Positions 18,134 to 27,890 of a stretch of DNA of 64,000 bases are shown here, piece by piece; position 1 is the first letter of the stretch, and each line of letters begins with the position of its first letter. Source of the DNA: Pseudomonadota bacterium (GTDB lineage: Bacteria; Pseudomonadota; Alphaproteobacteria; Rhodobacterales; Rhodobacteraceae). The translations under genes and the position numbers were made by a program. The notes beneath the pieces are model-generated. The model made no database searches. It saw nothing but the letters and a program-made list of their open reading frames with translations, and was not told the origin of the DNA. The stretch is from NCBI GenBank assembly GCA_039815685.1, contig JBCBYV010000014.1, forward strand, positions 12,338-76,337, in the 5' to 3' direction.

Positions 18134-19672
18134 ATGAACCCCGCCGAATGGCTGCAGCGCGCGGCCCGCCGCTGGCCGGACACCCCTGCCCTCCTGCGCG
18201 GCACCGAGTGTCTCGCGGACTACGCGGCCTTCGCGCAGCGCGCGGCGAGCCTCGCAGCGATGTTCCGCTACCATTACGGCATCGTCGGCGGCGACCGGGT
18301 GGCGATCTTCATGCCGAACGACCCGTCCTATCTCGAAGCGCTCTACGCAACCTGGCACGCGGGCGCCGCGGTCGTCCCGATCAACGCCAAGCTGCATGCG
18401 CGTGAGGCCGCCTGGATCCTCGCCGACAGCGGCACGCGTCTCGTCATCGCCAACGCGCCGCTGGTCGCAGCCCTCGATCCACATCTCCCCGACAGTGTCG
18501 AAGCGGTCATCGAGCCCGGCGGCGCCGCGTGGGAGGCAGCAGCAGAACGATCAGCGGCGTCGGAAACCGGCCCTGCCCGGATGACCGATCGGAGCCTCGT
18601 CTGGCTCTTCTACACTTCCGGGACAACCGGCCGGCCGAAAGGCGTGATGATCACCGCGGGCAACATCGCCGCCATGACCGCCTGCTACTTCATGGATGTC
18701 GACGAGGTGCGCCGGGACGACACGGCGCTCTACGCAGCACCCATGTCCCACGGCGCGGGCCTCTACAACTTCATGCATGTCATTCGCGGCGCGCGGCACT
18801 CGGTGCCGCCATCGGGCGGCTTCGATGCCGCGGAGATCCTTGACCTCGCGCCGCGGCTCGGCAGCGTCCACATGTTCGCGGCGCCGACCATGCTCCGCCG
18901 CCTGACCGATGCCGCCCGATCGGCGGGCAGTAACGGCGAGGGCATCCGCACGATCGTCTACGGCGGCGGGCCGATGTATCTCGCCGATGTCGAGGACGCC
19001 GTGCGCGTCCTAGGCCCCCGCTTCGTGCAGATCTACGGGCAGGGCGAGAGCCCGATGACCATCACCGCCCTCGCGCGCGATCTCGTATCCGATCGGCAGC
19101 ATCCGCGATGGCGGCAACGCCTCGGCTCGGTCGGTACGCCACAGTCGCTCGTCAGCCTTCGCATCGCAGACACCGCAGGGGAGGACGTAGCACCGGGGGA
19201 AACCGGTGAGATCCTCGTCGCGGGCCCCACCGTGATGGCTGGCTACTGGCAAAACCCAATGGCGACGGCCGAAACGATCCGAGACGGCTGGCTCCACACG
19301 GGCGATCTTGGCCGGCTCGATGAAGACGGCCTCCTGACGCTAATCGACCGCTCGAAGGACGTGATCATCTCGGGCGGTACCAACATCTACCCGCGGGAGG
19401 TGGAGGAGGCCCTGCTCGAGCACCCCGCTGTGCACGAGACCGCTGTCATCGGCCGCGCCCATGACGACTGGGGCGAGGAAGTCGTCGCCTTCGTCGTGCC
19501 AGCCCCGGGCGTCGAAATCGCCGAGGCCGATCTGGACGCCCATTGCCGCGACTGCATCGCTCGCTTCAAGCGCCCCAAGGCATACTTCCTCTGCGATGAC
19601 CTGCCGAAGAACAACTATGGCAAGGTGCTCAAAACGGCGCTGCGCGAACGGCTCGGCAGCCAGGAGCCATGA
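18134..19672 (+). CDS. AMP-binding acyl-CoA synthetase
   Basis: FYTSGTTGRPKG, QIYGQGE, WLHTGDLG, DRSKDVIISGGTNIYPREVE, LPKNNYGKVLK. Confidence 0.92.
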   Translation: MNPAEWLQRAARRWPDTPALLRGTECLADYAAFAQRAASLAAMFRYHYGIVGGDRVAIFMPNDPSYLEALYATWHAGAAVVPINAKLHAREAAWILADSGTRLVIANAPLVAALDPHLPDSVEAVIEPGGAAWEAAAERSAASETGPARMTDRSLVWLFYTSGTTGRPKGVMITAGNIAAMTACYFMDVDEVRRDDTALYAAPMSHGAGLYNFMHVIRGARHSVPPSGGFDAAEILDLAPRLGSVHMFAAPTMLRRLTDAARSAGSNGEGIRTIVYGGGPMYLADVEDAVRVLGPRFVQIYGQGESPMTITALARDLVSDRQHPRWRQRLGSVGTPQSLVSLRIADTAGEDVAPGETGEILVAGPTVMAGYWQNPMATAETIRDGWLHTGDLGRLDEDGLLTLIDRSKDVIISGGTNIYPREVEEALLEHPAVHETAVIGRAHDDWGEEVVAFVVPAPGVEIAEADLDAHCRDCIARFKRPKAYFLCDDLPKNNYGKVLKTALRERLGSQEP

Positions 19673-19696
19673 TCGAGTTCTTCCTAGGGCACGTTC

Positions 19697-20614
19697 TCAT
19701 CGGAAAGCCGGATGCTCGGCGAGAAGGTTACCGACACGCCTCGCCCCTGCAGAGAGGGGCAGCAACCGCGCCGCCGCCTCATCGACCGCCTGGCAGCGAT
19801 ACCCATGGCCGTCGAGAAGACCGACGACATCATCGACCGTCTCCGGCGTCACTTCCAACAGCAGGCGCGGCCGGCGCTCGCCCAGCAGCGCCGCCATACC
19901 CCGGAGGGCAGAAAGCTCTGCCCCCTCGACATCGATCTTCACGATATCCGGCACAAAACCCTCAGCCGCGAGCAGTCTGTCGATTGCGACCGTCTCCACG
20001 CGTTCATCTGCTGCCTGTATCGCGAGGCCTCGCTTCTCGAAGAGGCTGTCGCCGATCCCGAGAATATTCTCCCCCCGAAACCGCTTAAAGGTCGCGCTGC
20101 CGGGGCCGTCCGACGCCGCGCGGTTCACCGCGCGGACCCGTCCCTCAAGCCCGTTCGCCTGGATGTTCGAGAGGAGCCGGCCATAGGTCCGACGCGCGGC
20201 CTCCACCGCCAGCACCTCGACCCGCGGCGAGACGGACGCGGCCAGCAGGCTGTAGAGGCCCGAGAAGGCCCCGATATCGAGGACGCATGAAGCCTCCGCC
20301 GCCCAACCGCGCCAGAGCCGCGTCGACATCGGCTCCCAAGCATCGGCCCCGTGCCAGAAGAAGCTCATGGCCACGAGATCGTCATTCGTGGAGAGCATGG
20401 CAAAGCGCTCCCCCGCCACCTCCACCTCCACGAAGCCGTGATAGGGAAAACGGTTCTTGAAGCGGTGGAAGCGCGCATCGATGCGGCCGTGCTCGCCCGC
20501 CTCGCGCGCTGCCTGGAACGCCGCAACTTCAGCCATGGCCCGCGCGTTGCGCGCCTCTATCGCCGCTACGCCACCCGGCGCCGCCATATCGGCCACCACT
20601 GCCACTCCAGCCAT
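19697..20614 (-). CDS. FkbM-family SAM methyltransferase
   Basis: LDIGAFSGLYS, AVEAARRTY, KIDVEGAEL. Start uncertain (ATG 20614 after GGGAGAGGG). Confidence 0.8.
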   Translation of the reverse strand: MAGVAVVADMAAPGGVAAIEARNARAMAEVAAFQAAREAGEHGRIDARFHRFKNRFPYHGFVEVEVAGERFAMLSTNDDLVAMSFFWHGADAWEPMSTRLWRGWAAEASCVLDIGAFSGLYSLLAASVSPRVEVLAVEAARRTYGRLLSNIQANGLEGRVRAVNRAASDGPGSATFKRFRGENILGIGDSLFEKRGLAIQAADERVETVAIDRLLAAEGFVPDIVKIDVEGAELSALRGMAALLGERRPRLLLEVTPETVDDVVGLLDGHGYRCQAVDEAAARLLPLSAGARRVGNLLAEHPAFR

Positions 20615-20761
20615 CGCCCTCTCCCGCAAGCACTCGCAGCGCCCGTGATGGGCGGATATGGTGGAGAAAGCGTGAAGCTCGGGGGCGCCCGCCCGTGACA
20701 TCGGACTGTCACCGCCGCCTGCTCCAATCGCCACGACGCGCCGCAACCGAACGGAGCCGGG

Positions 20762-22165
20762 ATGACGACCCTAGAGAACACGCCCTTTGACGCCATCGTC
20801 CCGGGCCAGTCGGCGGAGCTGCGCCGGCTCTGCACGGAAGACGACTTCTACGCCTTCGCCGCGACGACGGGGAACCACAATCCGCTGCATCTGAGCGACC
20901 ATGACGGCGACGGAGACGGCTCACCCGAGGCGATTGCGCCGGCGCTCTTCGTTGGCAGTCTGATCTCGGCGGTGCTGGGCACGATGCTGCCGGGGGCGGG
21001 CACGGTCTACCTCTCGCAGAGCTTCCGCTTTCACAACCGTGCTGCGGTGGGCGACGAACTGCTGGCGGCGGTCGAGGTGCTGGAGACCGGGCCCGAGCGG
21101 AGCGTCAAGCTCGCCACCACGGTTCGACGCCCGGCGGATGGCGCGCTGCTGCTGGATGGCGAAGCGTGGGTCAAGGCGCCGGAGAAACGGCTGCGTTTCG
21201 AAGGCGTGGATGTGCCCGGGCTCCTAGTCGAGCGACACCGGCATTTCGACGCGCTCCTGGCCCAGGCCGAGCCGCTCGACCCGATCCCCACGGCCGTCGT
21301 GGTGCCAGAAGATCCGAACAGCCTGGCGGGCGCCCTCCTCGCGATGCGCCACACCATCATCACGCCCATTCTGGTCGGCGCGCCGGGGCGGATCGCGGCG
21401 GCGGCGAAGGCGGCGGGTGCCTCCACCGACGGTATCGAGATCGTCGCAGCAGCCACCCATGAGGACGCAGCCCATGCGGCGGTCGATCTCGTCGCGGACG
21501 GACGGGCCCGCGCAGTGATGAAGGGACATCTGCACACGGACGAGCTCCTGCGCGCCTGTCTCCGCCGTGACCGCGGCCTTCGTGCCGGGCGCCGCTTCAC
21601 CCATGTCTTCGTGATGGATGTGCCGGGGCTCGCCCACCCGCTCCTCGTCACGGATGCCGCGATCAACATCGCGCCCGATCTCGCGACTAAGGTCGATATC
21701 GTTCAGAATGCGATCGACCTCGCCCGTGCCATCGGGATCGAAGAGCCGAAGGTCGGCGTGCTCTCGGCGGTCGAGACGGTGAACACAGCCATCCAGAGTT
21801 CGGTCGATGCGGCCCTTATCGCCAAGATGGCAGACCGGGGTCAGATCAAGGGCGGGCTCGTCGACGGACCGCTGGCGATGGACAACGCCATCGACATCAA
21901 GGCCGCGCGAACCAAGGGGATCGGCGGCGCGGTCGCCGGGATGGCCGAGGTGCTGGTCGTGCCGGGCATCGATGCGGGCAACATGCTGGCAAAGCAGCTC
22001 ACCTATGTGAGCCATGCGGAGGCCGCCGGCGTCGTGCTCGGCGCCTCAGTGCCGGTGATCCTCACGAGCCGGGCGGATGACGACAAGGCGCGCCTTGCCT
22101 CCTGTGCCGTTGCGGCACTGCATTCCGTCTGGATGGCGGATCAGGCAAGCCGAAGCGGGTACTGA
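20762..22165 (+). CDS. Bifunctional MaoC-type enoyl-CoA hydratase / phosphate acyltransferase
   Basis: N-terminal hotdog domain (TGNHNPLHL, LPGAGTVYLSQ) plus PTA/PTB domain (DAAINIAPDL, DGPLAMDNAI, GNMLAKQL, LTSRAD). Confidence 0.9.
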   Translation: MTTLENTPFDAIVPGQSAELRRLCTEDDFYAFAATTGNHNPLHLSDHDGDGDGSPEAIAPALFVGSLISAVLGTMLPGAGTVYLSQSFRFHNRAAVGDELLAAVEVLETGPERSVKLATTVRRPADGALLLDGEAWVKAPEKRLRFEGVDVPGLLVERHRHFDALLAQAEPLDPIPTAVVVPEDPNSLAGALLAMRHTIITPILVGAPGRIAAAAKAAGASTDGIEIVAAATHEDAAHAAVDLVADGRARAVMKGHLHTDELLRACLRRDRGLRAGRRFTHVFVMDVPGLAHPLLVTDAAINIAPDLATKVDIVQNAIDLARAIGIEEPKVGVLSAVETVNTAIQSSVDAALIAKMADRGQIKGGLVDGPLAMDNAIDIKAARTKGIGGAVAGMAEVLVVPGIDAGNMLAKQLTYVSHAEAAGVVLGASVPVILTSRADDDKARLASCAVAALHSVWMADQASRSGY

Positions 22166-22260
22166 CCGTCGCAATGTCGTGCGGAGTGCTTGCCCTGCTC
22201 CGCCCCTCTGGGCAGGTTGGCGCCGAGCCCTTTCGCAGCCCATGCGCCGGAGATCCGTCC

Positions 22261-23112
22261 ATGAACCGCCCCGCTATCACACGGTGCCTCCCGGCCCCAT
22301 TCGCCAAGCGGCGCCGGTTCGGTCTGAGAGCTGCACCAAGGGTTGGCCTGGGAATCGCGCTGCTCTCGGCAATCGCGTTGCCCGGCACAGTCTGGGGTGA
22401 GGAACGCGCGGTCACACCGCAGCTCTGCGCCCTTCGCAGCGGGGCCGAGGGCGGGACGCTCACGCTCTCCTCCGGCTGCCAAAGCTCGAGTTTCGAGCGG
22501 CTGGCGGGAAGCCCGGCAGTGACCGTCGAGGAGGAGCGGGCAACCATCAGCATCGAGGGCGCCTTTCGCTACCAGGTTCCGGCGAATGGCATCGCAACGG
22601 CCGATTGCGGGGGCGGGGTCATCGAGCAGGTGACAGTCGAAAGCCTCGGCGCCCGGCGATACCGCGTGCTGGCCGACGGTGCCTATCAGGGCGTGCTGGA
22701 CCTTACGACCGAGGCGCAGAGCTGCACGGCGCCCGAGGGCGCGAAAGGCATCGAGCCTGAGGTGCTTGAGAGTGCGTGGAAGGGGATGGACCGACCGCGC
22801 TGGGGCAAACTGACGGCGCCGCGGGTGGTGGACCTCCTGCCCCGCCTCGTGCGCGGCTTCCCCACGACCGTCGAAGGGCGGCCGACCGTGGATATCGAGA
22901 TCGCCCGCAGCCCCGGTGATGGGCCCGACGGCCCGCGGCTGGAGGTACACGCCACGGGCACCGGATATCCGGACGACTCCGTCACCGGCGTGCGCTTCGT
23001 TCTCTTCGCCAGTCCCCATCCCGATGGCTGGCGCCTCGATGAGCTATGGCGACAGAACCTCTGCGCCCGCGGCACGCTCGCCGGGCAATGGACCGCAGAG
23101 CGCTGCCCCTAG
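22261..23112 (+). CDS. Hypothetical secreted protein, six Cys in the mature part
   Basis: Basic plus hydrophobic signal-like N-terminus, normal codon style, C-terminal DDSVTGVRF...GWRL...QNLCARG. Start uncertain. Confidence 0.6.
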   Translation: MNRPAITRCLPAPFAKRRRFGLRAAPRVGLGIALLSAIALPGTVWGEERAVTPQLCALRSGAEGGTLTLSSGCQSSSFERLAGSPAVTVEEERATISIEGAFRYQVPANGIATADCGGGVIEQVTVESLGARRYRVLADGAYQGVLDLTTEAQSCTAPEGAKGIEPEVLESAWKGMDRPRWGKLTAPRVVDLLPRLVRGFPTTVEGRPTVDIEIARSPGDGPDGPRLEVHATGTGYPDDSVTGVRFVLFASPHPDGWRLDELWRQNLCARGTLAGQWTAERCP

Positions 23113-23135
23113 CAAGCGCGCCGGGATCGGCCGGG

Positions 23136-24812
23136 TCACTCGCTGCGCTGATAGAGCACGCCCTCGCGCCCTCGCAGGACCTCGAGATAGCGTTCGTACG
23201 CCAGAAGCTCAGCAAGGCTCGCCTTCATCGGATGAGCCAGCGGATCGAGCGGCAAATGCCGGGCGGCGATGAAGACGAAAGCAGGCATCTCGGCCTCCAA
23301 GGCCGCCGCGAACTCGGCGTTCCAGCGCTGACCGAGAACACTCTCCGGATCGACTACCATGGCAGCCTCGACCGCGATGAAACGGGTCGGCGGCAGCCGC
23401 TCCGAAAGGAAGGCCAGCTCGTATGCGCGCCCGAACTGAAGAAAGGTGCCTTCAGGGGCTTTCGGCGCTCGCATGATGTCCTCAGCCGCATCCAGCAGCG
23501 CGGTGGATGGAGCGTTCGGGGCGAGCAGTGGCGCCCGCCAGCGTCCTTCATCCATCACCGCCCCGGATACGGCCGCAGCAGCGGGTGAGAGCGACGGCAG
23601 CTTCGCGAGCGTGCCGACCGATACAACGGCGAGCCAGCCGAAGAGCAAGAGGGTTCCCGCAAGGCGTCGGGTCATTTGCCACAGCATGCCGGTGGGGCCG
23701 CCAATGCCCAACGCCGCCCTCGCTCCCCAGTCCGCCATCATCGCGATCAGAAGTACGAGGGCTGGCAGAAGCGCCATCAGATGATAGTCGAAGCCCTTCC
23801 GTTGCACAGCGAAGGACACGAGAGCCGTCAGCCCGAGCCCGAGGGTGGCGAGCAGCGCAAGCCGACTGCGCGCCCCGTCCTCCCCATGCCGCATGGTCTC
23901 GCCGCAGGACCAAAGCCAGACGGCAGCGCCGACCAGACCCAGAACCGTGATCCAGTGCCATACGAACCACAGCACCCGCTTCATCGTATGCACTGGGTTC
24001 AAGGTGAACGAGCCGTCATTATAGGCACCCAAATTGAATAACACGGCCTGCTCCGCCCAGGCTGACAGATTGCCGGCTGCGAGCGCCCAGAGAGCAGCTG
24101 CTGCAAAACCACCGAAGAGACCGGCAGTCATCCAGGTCAACCGGCGGAGATCGACCCTCCCGCCTTCCTGCATCCGAGCACCTCGGAGCTTCAGCACAGC
24201 CTGCAGGGCGATCAGACCACCCAGACCGGCGGCGAAAGCGAGATATGTCGGGCGGAGGAAGACGGCCCCGGCAAGCAGCAGCCCTGCCAGCAGTCCTTCG
24301 AGTGCGATGCGCCGGCCTCCGGCGGGCCTTCGGCCGATCGAGAGCGCCATCGCACCCAGCAGGAAATTGGCACCGAGCATGTCGTTCTGCCCGACCATCC
24401 AGTAGCCGCCGGTGACGTAGATCGGCGGATAGAGCGCCAGGAACGCCGTTGCTGCGACCGCATGCCCCGACCGCAGCAGGAACGCTGCACCTGCCAGCGT
24501 CGAAAGCTGCATGATGGCATAGTCGAGGGTGCGGAAGCTCCAGCTCTCGACGCCGAAGAGCCTGATCGCGATCTCATGAGCCAGAAAGCCGCCGGGCCAA
24601 GCATGATCGAAGGCGTCGCTGTAGTAACTGAAGCCTTGCGTGCCGAGCCAACCGATGTAGTCGAAGATCGCCTGATCCGGTGAGCCAGGGATCGTGGTGT
24701 AGAGAAGGCCGAGCGGCACCAGTCCGGCAAGCCAGATCACAAGGAACGTGGCGGGGAGAACGCGCGCCGCGAAGGCGCCGCTCGACACAAGATAGCCAAT
24801 GGCCCGCGACAC
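23136..24812 (-). CDS. GT-C fold integral membrane glycosyltransferase (ArnT/PMT-like)
   Basis: First loop PDQAIFDYIGW...YYSDAFDHAWPG, more than 10 TM segments, soluble C-terminal domain. Confidence 0.7.
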   Translation of the reverse strand: MSRAIGYLVSSGAFAARVLPATFLVIWLAGLVPLGLLYTTIPGSPDQAIFDYIGWLGTQGFSYYSDAFDHAWPGGFLAHEIAIRLFGVESWSFRTLDYAIMQLSTLAGAAFLLRSGHAVAATAFLALYPPIYVTGGYWMVGQNDMLGANFLLGAMALSIGRRPAGGRRIALEGLLAGLLLAGAVFLRPTYLAFAAGLGGLIALQAVLKLRGARMQEGGRVDLRRLTWMTAGLFGGFAAAALWALAAGNLSAWAEQAVLFNLGAYNDGSFTLNPVHTMKRVLWFVWHWITVLGLVGAAVWLWSCGETMRHGEDGARSRLALLATLGLGLTALVSFAVQRKGFDYHLMALLPALVLLIAMMADWGARAALGIGGPTGMLWQMTRRLAGTLLLFGWLAVVSVGTLAKLPSLSPAAAAVSGAVMDEGRWRAPLLAPNAPSTALLDAAEDIMRAPKAPEGTFLQFGRAYELAFLSERLPPTRFIAVEAAMVVDPESVLGQRWNAEFAAALEAEMPAFVFIAARHLPLDPLAHPMKASLAELLAYERYLEVLRGREGVLYQRSE

Positions 24813-24908
24813 CGCTTCGCGCCCCCGTCTTTGCCCCAGACCCCCGGGCGTCTTCCGGGGACCATCTGCCGTGAGCCTTTAGTGGTCAACAGGTTACATC
24901 AAATGAAA

Positions 24909-24935
24909 GAAGGGGCGCCGACTGGGCGCCCCTTC
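24909..24935 (-). terminator. Rho-independent terminator of the glp ABC operon
   Basis: GAAGGGGCGCC-GACTG-GGCGCCCCTTC, a perfect 11-bp stem followed on minus by TTTCATTT. Confidence 0.8.
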
Positions 24936-24958
24936 ATCATGCTGAAGCGCTGGTTAGA

Positions 24959-26665
24959 TCAGCCTTCCCAGCTCTTGATCAGTTCGTCGTAGCTGATGGT
25001 CTCGGGCGCCGGTTTCTCGTTGTCGAGCTTGGCTTTCGGTGCGCCCTCCTGCTCGAGCCAGACCGACGCGTCCTGCTCCTCGTTGAGCTTCGGACCGATA
25101 TCGCCCTGGATGCCTGCCCGCTCTAGGCGCTGCAGCACGCGCTCCTGCGCATCGCAGAGCGCGTCGAGCGCTTCCTGCGCCGTCTTCGCGCCCGAGGACG
25201 CATCGCCGATGTTCTGCCACCAGAGCTGAGCGAGCTTCGGGTAGTCAGGCACGTTGGTGCCGGTGGGCGACCAGCGGACGCGCGCCGGCGAGCGGTAGAA
25301 CTCGACGAGGCCGCCGAGCTTCGGCGCCCGCTCCGTGAAGCTCTCATCGTTGATCGAGCTCTCGCGGATGAAGGTGAGGCCCGTGTGGCTCTTCTTCAGG
25401 TCCACGGTCTTCGAGACCACGAACTGCGCGTAAAGCCAAGCGGCTTTGGCGCGATCCACGGGCGTCGACTTCATGAGGGTCCAGGAGCCCGCGTCCTGAT
25501 AGCCGACCTTCATGCCGTCTTCCCAGTAGGCGCCGTGCGGGCTGGGGGCCATGCGCCACTTGGGCGAGCCGTCCTCGTTCACGACCGGCAGGCCGTCCTT
25601 GACCATGTCGGCGGTAAAGGCGGTGTACCAGAACATCTGCTGGGCGATCTCACCCTGCGCCGGCACCGGACCGGCCTCGGAGAAGACCATGCCGGCCGCG
25701 GCGGGCGGAGCATACTCCTGCAGCCAGTCGACGTATTTCTGCACGGCATAGACGGCAGCCGGGGAGTTCGTCGCCCCGCCACGCGCCACGCAGGAGCCCG
25801 TGGGGCGGGAGTTCTCATCGACCCGGATACCCCACTCGTCCACCGGCAGACCATTCGGCTCGCCCACATCGCCCATGCCGGCCATCGACATCCAGGCATC
25901 GGTAAAGCGCCAGCCGAGCGAAGGGTCCTTCTTGCCGTAGTCCATGTGGCCGTAGACGGTCTTGCCGTCGATCTCGCGGCCGGTGAAGAACTCGGCGATG
26001 TCCTCATAGGCCGACCAGTTGCGCGGCACGCCGAGGTCGTAGCCGTACTTTGCCTTGAAGTCCGCCTTGTTCTTATCGTCGTTGAACCAGTCGTAGCGGA
26101 ACCAGTAGAGGTTCGCGAACTGCTGGTCCGGGAGCTGGTAGAGCTTGCCGTCGGGCCCCGTCGTGAACTGCGTTCCGATGAAATCCCCGACATCGAGGGT
26201 CGGGAGCGTCACGTCCGCACCCTCGCCCGCCATCCAGTCGGTGAGGTTGCGCACCTGCTGGTAGCGCCAGTGCGTGCCGATGAGATCGCTATCGTTCACA
26301 TAGGCGTCGTAGATGTTCTCGCCCGACTGCATCTGCGTCTGAAGCTTCTGGACGACGTCGCCCTCACCGATCAGGTCGTGCGTGACCTGGATGCCGGTGA
26401 TGGCGGAGAACGCGGGCGCGAGCACTTCGGATTCGTAGGCATGCGTCGTGATCGTCTCGGAGACGACCTTGATCTCCATGCCCTCGAAGGGCTTCGCAGC
26501 ATCGACGAAGAACTGCATCTCCGCCTCCTGCTCCTCTCGGGAGAGGACGGAGAGATCGCCGATCTCGGCGTCGAGGAACTGTCGCGCCTCCTCCATGCCA
26601 GCGAATGCAGGCTGCGCGAGCATGGCAAGTGCCAGCGCGGTTGTGGTCAGGATCGTGTGTTTCAC
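24959..26665 (-). CDS. glpV: ABC substrate-binding protein, glycerol-uptake type
   Basis: GTG 26665 after GGGAGGAGG, signal peptide, VVSETITTHAYES, DSDLIGTHWRY, YQLPDQQFANLYWFRYDWF. Last gene of an S-T-P-Q-U-V style operon. Confidence 0.8.
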   Translation of the reverse strand: MKHTILTTTALALAMLAQPAFAGMEEARQFLDAEIGDLSVLSREEQEAEMQFFVDAAKPFEGMEIKVVSETITTHAYESEVLAPAFSAITGIQVTHDLIGEGDVVQKLQTQMQSGENIYDAYVNDSDLIGTHWRYQQVRNLTDWMAGEGADVTLPTLDVGDFIGTQFTTGPDGKLYQLPDQQFANLYWFRYDWFNDDKNKADFKAKYGYDLGVPRNWSAYEDIAEFFTGREIDGKTVYGHMDYGKKDPSLGWRFTDAWMSMAGMGDVGEPNGLPVDEWGIRVDENSRPTGSCVARGGATNSPAAVYAVQKYVDWLQEYAPPAAAGMVFSEAGPVPAQGEIAQQMFWYTAFTADMVKDGLPVVNEDGSPKWRMAPSPHGAYWEDGMKVGYQDAGSWTLMKSTPVDRAKAAWLYAQFVVSKTVDLKKSHTGLTFIRESSINDESFTERAPKLGGLVEFYRSPARVRWSPTGTNVPDYPKLAQLWWQNIGDASSGAKTAQEALDALCDAQERVLQRLERAGIQGDIGPKLNEEQDASVWLEQEGAPKAKLDNEKPAPETISYDELIKSWEG

Positions 26666-26750
26666 CGTGTTCCTCCTCCCAGGAGTTGTCGTTGATCGGA
26701 TGGTGATGTCCGTCGCCGTGGCAGTGCGCTGCGGCGGGGATGACGTTGCC

Positions 26751-27023
26751 TCAGACGAAGCGGAAAACGAAGGCCCACCAGACCGCCGCGACGCCGAGCG
26801 CACCCCAGAGCGGGGTGCCCATGGCGGCGAGCCAGCCGAGACAGATGAAGGCGGTGCCGAGGAGCGAGATGAAGAGCCGGTCGCCTCGCGTCGTCTCTAT
26901 ACGCAGAATGCCCGTGCGCGGCGTCTCCGGAAACCGGATCGCGAGGAAGGTGAAGAGGCCAAGCAGGCAGGCAATCACGACAAAGAAGAGCGCCGTCTCG
27001 AAGGTCCAGGCCATCCATGCCAT
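26751..27023 (-). CDS. glpU: DUF2160 small membrane protein of the glycerol ABC operon
   Basis: MAWMAWT...ETTRGDRLFISLLG.AFI.L.W. Confidence 0.8.
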   Translation of the reverse strand: MAWMAWTFETALFFVVIACLLGLFTFLAIRFPETPRTGILRIETTRGDRLFISLLGTAFICLGWLAAMGTPLWGALGVAAVWWAFVFRFV

Positions 27024-27035
27024 CGTGCTTCTCCC

Positions 27036-27890
27036 TCAGACCCGGCCCAGGGCAAAGCCCTTGGCGATGTAGTTGCGGACGAAGTAGATCACGAGCGCGC
27101 CGGGGATGATGGTGAGCACGCCCGCGGCTGAGAGCAGCCCCCAGTCGATCCCCGCGGCGGAGACCGTACGCGTCATCGTGGCGGCAATAGGCTTCGCATC
27201 GGTGGCGGTAAGCTGCGAGGAGAGCAAGAGCTCGACCCAGGAGAACATGAAGCAGAAGAACGCCGCCACGCCGATCCCGCTTGCGATCAGCGGCATAAAG
27301 ATGCGCGTGAAGAAGCGCCCGAACGAGTAGCCGTCGATATAGGCTGTCTCGTCGATCTCCTTCGGCACGCCGCGCATGAAGCCCTCGAGGATCCAGACCG
27401 CCAAGGGCACGTTGAAGAGGCAATGCGCCAACGCCACGGCGATATGTGTATCGAACAGGTTCACGGCCGAGTAGAGCTGGAAGAAGGGCAGCGCGAAGAC
27501 CGCGGGCGGCGCCATGCGGTTCGTCAGCAGCCAAAAGAAGAGATGCTTGTCGCCCATGAAGTTGTAGCGGCTGAAGGCATAGGCCGCCGGCAGCGCCACG
27601 GTGACCGAGATCACGGTGTTCATCACCACATAGATGATCGTGTTGATGTAGCCCCAATACCAGGCGGGGTTGGTGAAGATCTCGATGTAGTTCCGGAAGG
27701 TGATCTCATTCGGCCAGAGCGTGAAGGTCGAGAGGATCTCCTCGTTCGTCTTGAGGCTCATCATCAGGAGCCAGTAGATCGGCAACATGAGAAAGACGAT
27801 GTAGGCCGTCATCACCACCGCCGACCGGTTCACTGCCGGCAGGGACATGCCCCCGCTGCGGGCCGCAGTCGCAGCCGCATCGGCCATCAC
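27036..27890 (-). CDS. glpQ: Carbohydrate ABC permease
   Basis: EAA loop FMRGVPKEIDETAYIDG, six TM. Confidence 0.85.
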   Translation of the reverse strand: MMADAAATAARSGGMSLPAVNRSAVVMTAYIVFLMLPIYWLLMMSLKTNEEILSTFTLWPNEITFRNYIEIFTNPAWYWGYINTIIYVVMNTVISVTVALPAAYAFSRYNFMGDKHLFFWLLTNRMAPPAVFALPFFQLYSAVNLFDTHIAVALAHCLFNVPLAVWILEGFMRGVPKEIDETAYIDGYSFGRFFTRIFMPLIASGIGVAAFFCFMFSWVELLLSSQLTATDAKPIAATMTRTVSAAGIDWGLLSAAGVLTIIPGALVIYFVRNYIAKGFALGRV

